Below, piece by piece: positions 1-6,894 of a stretch of DNA of 32,201 nucleotides. The position numbers were made by a program, and so were the translations under genes. The stretch lies in the IMG/VR virus record IMGVR_UViG_3300025277_000083, positions 1 to 32,201 of that record; one strand, 5' to 3'. The first letter of the stretch is position 1. Every line of letters begins with the position of its first letter. The DNA is from a virus (Duplodnaviria > Caudoviricetes). The notes under the pieces are model-generated. The model ran no database searches, was not told where the DNA came from, and was given only the letters and a program-made list of their open reading frames with translations.

Positions 1-372
1 CCTGAAGGCATGCACTATCGTTGGGTTAGACATGAATTGTTTAACAACTCTGATGATGCAAATGTAAATGGTAGAGTTCGACAAGGTTATGAACCTGTAA
101 CACCAGATGAATTAGGCGAAAATGCCTATCCAGATGTTTTAGATACAGGTAAACACGCAGGCACAGTTCGATCAGGAGATTTAATTCTCATGAAAGTTCC
201 GCAAGAAATTGCAGATCAAAGAACTGAACACTATAATACTCAAGCTGAGTTAATGGGACAAGCCTATGCACAAGATCTAAAGAATGCAGGTCAAGGTGAT
301 ATGCGTGGCATGGACGAATCGAAGACTACAGTTACAGGTGGAAGTTCAAAAGAAACAAAGTTCGAAGACTAA
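1..372 (+). CDS. Conserved phage hypothetical protein upstream of the capsid genes, 5'-truncated by the window edge
   Basis: The frame is open from base 1 (PEG-MHYRWVR...), so the ATG at 10 is probably internal. It sits directly before the decoration and capsid genes. Function unknown. Confidence 0.7.
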   Translation, partial: PEGMHYRWVRHELFNNSDDANVNGRVRQGYEPVTPDELGENAYPDVLDTGKHAGTVRSGDLILMKVPQEIADQRTEHYNTQAELMGQAYAQDLKNAGQGDMRGMDESKTTVTGGSSKETKFED

Positions 373-408
373 ATAATTAGACATATCTAGTTATCTAGTT
401 TTCTTTTA
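368..408 (+). terminator. AT-rich hairpin followed by a T-rich tract (weak terminator candidate)
   Basis: ATAATTAGA (373-381) pairs with TCTAGTTAT (386-394) around a CATA loop and is followed by TTTTCTTTT. It also contains tandem TATCTAGT x2 (384-399). Confidence 0.35.
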
Positions 409-443
409 ATAATAACAATTAATTTTCTAAAGGAGGAAATTAT

Positions 444-1049
444 ATGGCTGGATACGGTCTATCACCAATAAGACATGCAGCTGGAGGTACAGTACGTTTA
501 AATAACTATACAGATATGAATGGTTATAGAATTGCTGCTACTGCACCATCTGCGTACTTCGAAGGCGACCTTGTTACTTATAGCTCAGGCTTACTAGTAA
601 CTGATGTCGGCGCAGCATCTCCGGGTTCTGTTGTCGGTGTTTTCTGGGGAGCAGAATACGAAGATAATTCTACAGGCGATGTAAAATTCGTACGTTCAAT
701 TGCGAACGGAACTGTAGCGAAAGCACAATATAAAGCATATGTTTACGACGATCCGTTTACAATCTTTAAGATTCAATCAGATCAAGCAGGCACAGGCTTA
801 ACTGCAGCGAACTCAACTGGAAAGCTAGTACAAATTGTAGCTTCACCAACAGGTTCGGCAATTACGCATAAATCAGGAATGGTAGCTGATGCTTCTACAG
901 TAGCAACTACTAACACTTTCCCACTATCAGTTTATGGTAGTGCAGAAGCTGACGGAACGTACACTGCAACTGGTACTACTATGGATATAGTAGTGAAAAT
1001 TAACTCACACCAACACCTAAATGGCGCTACTGGCGTTACAGGTATATAA
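444..1049 (+). CDS. Putative capsid decoration/cement protein
   Basis: 201 aa, rich in Gly/Ala/Thr, with F-x-GDLV and VGVFWG motifs. Strong SD (AAGGAGG). Lies immediately upstream of the major capsid gene. Confidence 0.7.
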   Translation: MAGYGLSPIRHAAGGTVRLNNYTDMNGYRIAATAPSAYFEGDLVTYSSGLLVTDVGAASPGSVVGVFWGAEYEDNSTGDVKFVRSIANGTVAKAQYKAYVYDDPFTIFKIQSDQAGTGLTAANSTGKLVQIVASPTGSAITHKSGMVADASTVATTNTFPLSVYGSAEADGTYTATGTTMDIVVKINSHQHLNGATGVTGI

Positions 1050-1069
1050 TATCTAGGAGGATATAGAAT

Positions 1070-1978
1070 ATGGCAATTACTAGAGGTCAAATACTCAAAG
1101 AATTAGTACCTGGTTTGAACGCAATTTTCGGAACAGAATATTCACGTTACGAAAATGAGCACGCAGTACTGTTCGATGAGGAATCATCAAATAGAGCTTT
1201 CGAAGAGGAAGTATTATTCCCAGGTTTTGAGGCAGCTCAAACTAAATTCGAAGGTCAAGCTGTTGCATATGGCAACACTGGTGAGGGGTATGTTTCTCGT
1301 TATACTAACGAAACTGTCGCTATGGCATTCTCAATTACTGAGGAAGCTATGGAAGACAATTTGTATGACAAGTTATCTACTCGATTAACAAAAGCATTAG
1401 CACGTTCAATGGCTTCTGCTAAACAAACTAAAGCGGCAAACGTCTACAACAGAGCTTTCAATAGTTCTTTCAAAGGCGGCGATGGACAAGAGTTAGTATC
1501 TAACTCTCACCCATTAGCTTCAGGATCAACAGGTTCTAACAGACCTTCAACTTATGCTGACCTTTCAGAGGCTTCTCTTGAAACAGCATTAATTGATATC
1601 GCAGGATTTACTGACGATAAAGACATCCCGATTGCAGCTCAAGGTCGTACACTACACATACCAAGACAATTGGTATTCGTAGCGGAAAGACTGCTGGCAT
1701 CTCCGTACAAACCAGGATCATCAGACAATGATGTGAATGCGATTAAGTCTACAGGAATGCTACCAGGTGGCTATCATGTGAATCACAGATTTAGTGATCC
1801 AGATGCTTTCTTTATTAGAACTGATGTTCCTAACGGAATGAAAATGTTCAATAGAGCACCTATCGCAACTTCTATGGAAGGCGACTTTGAAACTGGAAAC
1901 GTAAGATACAAATCTAGAGAAAGATATAGCTTTGGCTTTTCTGACTGGAGAGGCGTATACGGAAACGAAGGCGTATAA
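1070..1978 (+). CDS. Major capsid protein (Mu-like gpT family, HK97 fold)
   Basis: 302 aa with the recognisable family motifs MAITRGQILKELVPGLNAIFG, S-x-RAFEEEV, FSITEEAMEDNLY, GGDG..L....HP and DFETGNVRYKSRERYSFGFSDWRG. SD AGGAGG. Confidence 0.92.
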   Translation: MAITRGQILKELVPGLNAIFGTEYSRYENEHAVLFDEESSNRAFEEEVLFPGFEAAQTKFEGQAVAYGNTGEGYVSRYTNETVAMAFSITEEAMEDNLYDKLSTRLTKALARSMASAKQTKAANVYNRAFNSSFKGGDGQELVSNSHPLASGSTGSNRPSTYADLSEASLETALIDIAGFTDDKDIPIAAQGRTLHIPRQLVFVAERLLASPYKPGSSDNDVNAIKSTGMLPGGYHVNHRFSDPDAFFIRTDVPNGMKMFNRAPIATSMEGDFETGNVRYKSRERYSFGFSDWRGVYGNEGV

Positions 1979-1986
1979 CACACTTT

Positions 1987-2014
1987 GTAGAGGGGGCAGA
2001 AATGTCCCCTTTAC
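1987..2014 (+). terminator. GC-rich stem-loop with GAAA tetraloop after the capsid gene
   Basis: GTAGAGGGGGCA-GAAA-TGTCCCCTTTAC forms a 12-bp stem with 2 G-U pairs. There is no clear U-tract, so it may be a stabilising or pausing hairpin instead. Confidence 0.6.
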
Positions 2015-2016
2015 TA

Positions 2017-2097
2017 CTTGGATTTAACAAATCTTACTTGACTGGCCAAGCAGACGTTATAGAGACAGTAAGAAAATAACTTGGGACTATACTCCCA
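2017..2097 (+). ncRNA. Structured cis-RNA downstream of the capsid gene, probably a Mu-gpT-DE-like motif
   Basis: Crossing complementarities: CTTGG 2017-2021/CCAAG 2046-2050, TCTTACT 2032-2038/AGTAAGA 2067-2073, TATAG 2058-2062/CTATA 2087-2091, and hairpin TGGGA 2082-2086/TCCCA 2093-2097. The position after a gpT-like capsid gene matches my recollection of the Mu-gpT-DE motif. Not verified with a covariance model. Confidence 0.6.
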
Positions 2098-2110
2098 GAA
2101 GGATTAAAGA

Positions 2111-2719
2111 ATGGCAAATTCAACTTTTAGCGGTCCGATTAGATCAGAAGGTGGTTTTGAACAAATCACTAAATCTACAGTAGGTACCGTAACAACTAAC
2201 TTTGATATCGATTCAAGCGGTAATGTATCAGGTTCTGGTACTATGAAAATGACAGGAGCGACAAATATTGTTGCACCTTATGAGTCTTTAACTGCAGCAA
2301 CTAAAGCAGTAACATCAGCAGAAAGTGGAACTACTTTCGTATTTAATAGAGCAGCAGGCGTTGCGGTAACTTTACCAGTAGCAGCAGCAGGCTTAGTTTA
2401 TAAATTCATCGTAGGAACTACTGTTACTTCAAATGCATTAAGCATTCAAGGAGCTACAGCTGTTGATATTTTTTCAGCTTACTCAATGATTACATTGTTT
2501 GATAAAGATAACGACGTAGCACAAGCAAAAATATTCTATGCAGACGGATCAGATGATGATGTGTTCTCTATGAATGGTGGTACAACTGGTGGATTCTTAG
2601 GTAGTGTTATTACATGCACAGGAATCGCAACAGGTGGACAAGGAAGTGCAACAGCAGTATGGCATCTGAATTCAGATAAGCTTGTTGGTGATGGTACTTT
2701 AGCAACACCGTTTGCATAA
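2111..2719 (+). CDS. Putative virion structural protein (minor head protein/fibre)
   Basis: 202 aa, rich in Thr/Gly/Ala, starting MANSTFSGPIRSEGGF and containing a VTLP-x-A-x-x-G motif. Located in the head module. SD GAAGGA. Confidence 0.6.
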   Translation: MANSTFSGPIRSEGGFEQITKSTVGTVTTNFDIDSSGNVSGSGTMKMTGATNIVAPYESLTAATKAVTSAESGTTFVFNRAAGVAVTLPVAAAGLVYKFIVGTTVTSNALSIQGATAVDIFSAYSMITLFDKDNDVAQAKIFYADGSDDDVFSMNGGTTGGFLGSVITCTGIATGGQGSATAVWHLNSDKLVGDGTLATPFA

Positions 2720-2734
2720 TACTAATAATAACTA

Positions 2735-2756
2735 ATGGGGGCCTTCGGGCCCTCAT
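2735..2756 (+). terminator. Stem-loop with cUUCGg tetraloop
   Basis: ATGGGGGCC-TTCG-GGCCCTCAT forms a 9-bp stem in the intergenic gap. The U-tract is weak. Confidence 0.6.
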
Positions 2757-2783
2757 ATTCTTGATTAAGAAGGGAAGAACAAT

Positions 2784-3209
2784 ATGGCAGACACAGTAAC
2801 AGGTCCAACTATATTACAACAAAATGAGAAAAGAGTTACTATTAAAATAGTAATTCAATCAGATGGTACAGGCGGTACTACAGTATTCGGAGATGTATCA
2901 GCAATGGATGCACTTCCAAATGGAACAACTTGCAAAACTTTAAGCGTACAAAGATTATGGTTTGCTTGTGATACAGGTGATGGAGGAGATTCATACGCTC
3001 GTTTAGATTATGAAGATGATGATGGAGATATTCCTATTGTTGGATTAACTGGAACAGGTTATTGGGACTTCAGAGAATTCGGTGGAATTCCTGCAAACCA
3101 ATCCGCAAACACAAACCAAGACGATATTAATATAGTTATACCCGGTACAGCAGATGCAGGTAATATGTATACTGTTGTTATGGAATGTACTAAGACATAC
3201 GTGGAGTAA
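2784..3209 (+). CDS. Hypothetical protein, probably virion-associated
   Basis: 141-aa acidic ORF containing G-x-WDFREFGGI, with a purine-rich SD, in the structural operon. Confidence 0.65.
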   Translation: MADTVTGPTILQQNEKRVTIKIVIQSDGTGGTTVFGDVSAMDALPNGTTCKTLSVQRLWFACDTGDGGDSYARLDYEDDDGDIPIVGLTGTGYWDFREFGGIPANQSANTNQDDINIVIPGTADAGNMYTVVMECTKTYVE

Positions 3210-3212
3210 TAA

Positions 3213-3413
3213 ATGAGCGAGCAAACTAACAAAGAAGCAATTATAGAAATTAAAGGCGACCTCAAATTACTTAACCAAAAAATAGATTTAATAAAGGACA
3301 ATCATTTGGCCCACATGGCTCAAGATATTGATAAACTTTCTAAATTTATCTGGGTAATTGGCGGGACTGTATTTGCACAAATGTGTTATTTGATTGTTCG
3401 TACCTTAATATAG
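3213..3413 (+). CDS. Small coiled-coil protein with a C-terminal transmembrane segment
   Basis: 66 aa with a heptad-like N-terminus (IKGDLKLLNQKIDLIKDNHL) and a hydrophobic tail (FIWVIGGTVFAQMCYLIV). The architecture is XhlA/holin-like, which is an inference. Confidence 0.6.
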   Translation: MSEQTNKEAIIEIKGDLKLLNQKIDLIKDNHLAHMAQDIDKLSKFIWVIGGTVFAQMCYLIVRTLI

Positions 3414-3425
3414 GAAGGACAAAAT

Positions 3426-4175
3426 ATGGCCACATCAGGCACACAAACATTCAATCTTTCGATTGATGATGTAATACAAGAAGCTTATGAAAGAATTGGC
3501 GTAAGTTCTAAGGGCGGCTATGATTTAATTACAGCTAGGCGTTCTCTTAACTTATTGATGTTGGAATGGGTTAATGATGGTGTAAATTTATTTACTCTTG
3601 ATTTAATAGAACACACCATGACCAAAGATCAAGGATACATTACATTTAGTTCTAACACATACTCAGATGTATTAGATGCAGTTATAACAGATACTAATGC
3701 TGATCCAGATTCTGATCAAGAAATAGAACGTATTAGTCTTACTGATTACTTACAACTTCCAACTAAAACAACTTCAGGCAAGCCATCACAATATGCTGTT
3801 GAGCGTAATGCTCAATATGATAGCAGTGGTGTAGCTACACACAAAGTTTATTTGTGGCCTGTACCTGATCAAACTTACTACAAATTAAAAGCATGGATGA
3901 TTAAATATCCAGATGATGTTGCATGGACTAGCACAGCTGGTGGACAAGTAACAGTTCCGTATATTGATTACAGACAAAACGTTCAAATACCAAAACGTAT
4001 GCTACCTCCTATGATTAGTGGATTAACTGTTAAGTTAGCACATAAACATCCTGGAACTGTAGATGTAAATAGAAGAGCAGAACTTACTGCAATTTATAAA
4101 GACGAATGGGAAAAGGCTAGAGAAGAAGACAGAGAACGTGTAAGTTTCTACGTACAACCGGCGGTATATTACTAA
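3426..4175 (+). CDS. Head-tail adaptor / tail tubular protein A-like
   Basis: 249 aa with MATSGT-x-TFNL, ARRSLNLL...W-x-N-x-GVNL and GKPSQYAV...LWPVPD motifs typical of podovirus-like adaptor proteins. SD GGAAGGA. Confidence 0.7.
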   Translation: MATSGTQTFNLSIDDVIQEAYERIGVSSKGGYDLITARRSLNLLMLEWVNDGVNLFTLDLIEHTMTKDQGYITFSSNTYSDVLDAVITDTNADPDSDQEIERISLTDYLQLPTKTTSGKPSQYAVERNAQYDSSGVATHKVYLWPVPDQTYYKLKAWMIKYPDDVAWTSTAGGQVTVPYIDYRQNVQIPKRMLPPMISGLTVKLAHKHPGTVDVNRRAELTAIYKDEWEKAREEDRERVSFYVQPAVYY

Positions 4176-5020
4176 TGTTTAATTTTGCATCTGGCATTGA
4201 TTTAGGTCCTGATTTTATAAAAAACATGCAAGCTTTTGAAGCTATGAAAGAAAATATTCCAGTCACAGGAAACCCTGGAATTCTAGAAAATCCAGAAATG
4301 TTGAGTGGATCTTCTGGAATTAGTGGAACATCAGGAGGTTTATTTGATCCAAAAGACTCAAGTGCCATACCTACGTTAGATGAATATTATAGCAAAAATA
4401 AATATGGTTCGCTTCTAGATGATTATTATAAATCAGATATGTTTGACAGTGATGCATATTATAATGTATCTCCAATTCAACCGACAGTTCAATTGTTTCA
4501 CAAGCTGTTTGGAGGAAGAGGACCAGGTCAAATGCAACAGTTGGGAAACTTTGATGATTACTTAAAACAACAGTACCAAATGGTACAAAGCACAGAGCCA
4601 CAACGTATTAAAAGAACTCCAGAAGATATAGCAAAACGTAATTTAATAAGAGAAGCATACGGCACAATGGGTTTTGACGGTGGGCCAATAGAAGGAGCTC
4701 GACCAGGAATAACTGAATTGCCAGGACCTGGAGAACCGCCAATGCCAATGTTACCAGGAATAGGAAGACCACCATTTCTTCCACCACCTGCGTATGGAGA
4801 AATATCTGAACCTGGAAGTGGACAACCCGGAGGTGGATCAGGAATAGAAACACTGATGCCTGAAGAAGAAGGGTACAAAAAATATATTGCATCAGATACT
4901 AATCCATTTGAATCTATGGGAGTATCTTCTTTAGGACAAGATGCTTTAAGACAAATGATATTTGAAAAAAACAACCCACAAGTTAATCAAGAACGTAATT
5001 ACAAAAGTTATATTGGGTAG
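4175..5020 (+). CDS. Hypothetical Pro/Gly-rich, probably disordered protein
   Basis: 281-aa ORF coupled to the upstream gene by a TAATG overlap. Contains the low-complexity tract PGPGEPPMPMLPGIGRPPFLPPP. Confidence 0.65.
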   Translation: MFNFASGIDLGPDFIKNMQAFEAMKENIPVTGNPGILENPEMLSGSSGISGTSGGLFDPKDSSAIPTLDEYYSKNKYGSLLDDYYKSDMFDSDAYYNVSPIQPTVQLFHKLFGGRGPGQMQQLGNFDDYLKQQYQMVQSTEPQRIKRTPEDIAKRNLIREAYGTMGFDGGPIEGARPGITELPGPGEPPMPMLPGIGRPPFLPPPAYGEISEPGSGQPGGGSGIETLMPEEEGYKKYIASDTNPFESMGVSSLGQDALRQMIFEKNNPQVNQERNYKSYIG

Positions 5021-5022
5021 AC

Positions 5023-5703
5023 ATGGCAAGATACACTAAAGGAAAACATGCAGTAGCAATTGATGACCGTTCTGGTTTTAAGGTAAAACATAAAGACCTT
5101 AGAAGAGAATGGACTGGTATGATGGTTCACAAAAGTGATTGGGAATCTAAACAAGCACAACTTGATCCTTCTAAGTATTTTAAAAATACTGGAAGTAACG
5201 TAATAGAAAACCCAAGACCAGACAATTCAAATGATTCAGTTGTTGTAAGACTTGGACCTTTAAATCAATCATACTCTGGAACAATGCAAGCCTATCATGG
5301 TACACTTCATACAGGTGGTCTTGATCTTGTTGAAGTTCCACCAGGACAAGAAGCAGGAACAGCTCAAGGTTCTCCTACATTAAACTTCATTGAATTCCCT
5401 ACTGGAATAGCAGCTGGTACTGGTTTAGGTACATTGATACAAAATCTTGCAGATCAACCATCTGGTATAGCTGCAGGAACAGCGCAAGGTGGCTCTGGAT
5501 TATTCTTTGGATCAACAGAAATACCACCAGGCATTGCAGCAGGTACAGCTCTTGGAACAGTTATTGTTAATGCAAATGCATTACCTACTGGAATAGCAGC
5601 TGGTTCAGCTCAAGGTTCAGTAACTCCAGTAGTTAGTGGATGGTCTCAAGGTACTTATGGACAAGGCGCTTGGGGATACGGACAACAGGGAGGAGCATTA
5701 TAA
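5023..5703 (+). CDS. Putative virion protein with five ~20-aa repeats and a Trp/Gly C-terminal motif
   Basis: 226 aa. N-terminal DDRSGF...EW-x-G-x-x-V...WE-x-K motif, five P-x-G-x-x-AG-[TS]-x-x-G repeats, and a C-terminal GWSQGTYGQGAWG. Confidence 0.7.
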   Translation: MARYTKGKHAVAIDDRSGFKVKHKDLRREWTGMMVHKSDWESKQAQLDPSKYFKNTGSNVIENPRPDNSNDSVVVRLGPLNQSYSGTMQAYHGTLHTGGLDLVEVPPGQEAGTAQGSPTLNFIEFPTGIAAGTGLGTLIQNLADQPSGIAAGTAQGGSGLFFGSTEIPPGIAAGTALGTVIVNANALPTGIAAGSAQGSVTPVVSGWSQGTYGQGAWGYGQQGGAL

Positions 5704-6404
5704 TGTTTACGTATACGACTTTAAAACAAGCCATTCAAGATTGGATGGAAAACGACGCGGCAGAATTTACTGCAGCAACAGGATCTGGTGTAGCGCCAAT
5801 AGATTTATGCATACAGTTGGCAGAACAACGTATGTACAAAGACATTGATTTTACATCTGGTCAAAAAACAACTAGTGCAACTTTATCAGCTAATACTAAT
5901 ATCGTAGCTGTACCTCAAGATTTGGTGGCAATGAGATGGGTTAGAGTAGCTAATGGTGATTGGATCTATCAAAAGGACGAATCATTTATCCGCGAATATT
6001 GGAGAGCTGGCACTAACGCAACACAAACAGATCAACCATACTACTGGGCATTTACAAATGATGGAGCGGCTTATACATCATCAGATAGACAAACAAATAT
6101 CATATTTGCCCCCACTTCATCGGTTGACAAAACCTTAGAGATCAGTTATAATATAAGACCAACAGGGTTGTCTTCATCTCAAGCGAATACGTATTTGAGT
6201 GATTATTGTGGAGATGCTTTGTTATATGCTTGTTTAATAGAGGCTGCTACTTTTATGAAAGCAGACCAGGAATTAGCCAAGTATCAACAATTATATCAGA
6301 GAGCGGCACAAGTGCTAGCTGCTGAAGAACAATTAAGAATGAGGAATTCTACACTGGTACAAGGTGAACTTAACGAAATATCAAGAATAAGGGAAAATAG
6401 ATAA
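5703..6404 (+). CDS. Second adaptor / tail tubular-like protein (start revised from 5640 to 5703)
   Basis: The ATG at 5703 overlaps the upstream stop (TAATG) and has SD GGAGGAG. The protein begins MFTYTTLKQAIQDW and contains P-YYWA...FAPT and DALLYACLIEA motifs. Confidence 0.7.
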   Translation: MFTYTTLKQAIQDWMENDAAEFTAATGSGVAPIDLCIQLAEQRMYKDIDFTSGQKTTSATLSANTNIVAVPQDLVAMRWVRVANGDWIYQKDESFIREYWRAGTNATQTDQPYYWAFTNDGAAYTSSDRQTNIIFAPTSSVDKTLEISYNIRPTGLSSSQANTYLSDYCGDALLYACLIEAATFMKADQELAKYQQLYQRAAQVLAAEEQLRMRNSTLVQGELNEISRIRENR

Positions 6405-6871
6405 TGGCAATTACATCAGCAATATGCTCAACATTTAAAAAAGAGCTAATGACTGCTACGCACAATTTCACTACTACTAGTGGAAACACTATGAAAGTGG
6501 CTTTGATTAAAGCAAATGCTTCACAAACGGGCACTTATAATGCGGGCACGACTTCATATACAACAATCACAGGTAACTCAGACGAGTTAGCAAATGGTAA
6601 TGGTTATACTACAGGAGGTAATACATTAACAAATGTAACACCTACAAATGGTACAAGTACTACTACAACTGCTTTGACAGATTTTGCAGACACGTCTTGG
6701 ACTTCTGCTACATTTACTACAAGAGGTTGCGTTATTTATAATGATTCAGCATCTGGAGATCCAGCAGTAATGGTGATTGATTTTGGTGCAGATTATTCTG
6801 TAGCAGGAGGAACATTTACTATTCAGTTCCCAACTGCAGATGAGTCAAACGCAATTTTAAGAATAACATAA
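6404..6871 (+). CDS. Putative tail structural protein
   Basis: 155 aa, Thr-rich, with SxFKxELM, GYTTGG-x-TL and IDFG...GTFTIQFP motifs. TAATG coupling to the upstream gene. Confidence 0.65.
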   Translation: MAITSAICSTFKKELMTATHNFTTTSGNTMKVALIKANASQTGTYNAGTTSYTTITGNSDELANGNGYTTGGNTLTNVTPTNGTSTTTTALTDFADTSWTSATFTTRGCVIYNDSASGDPAVMVIDFGADYSVAGGTFTIQFPTADESNAILRIT

Positions 6872-6894
6872 TAAATATTTAAAGGAAACATAAT

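Noticed and set aside
1960-2111. Programmed frameshift or read-through extending the capsid protein into ORF 2111
   Set aside because: I saw no clear slippery heptamer before the TAA, the gap is 132 nt, and ORF 2111 has its own SD and ATG. It cannot be fully excluded without proteomics.
2717-2736. Short TAATA/ACTAAT iterations
   Set aside because: Low-complexity AT-rich sequence, too short to distinguish from chance.
5640-5702. Longer N-terminus for the second adaptor gene as given in the ORF track
   Set aside because: It overlaps the upstream gene by 64 nt. The ATG at 5703 has a strong SD and TAATG coupling.
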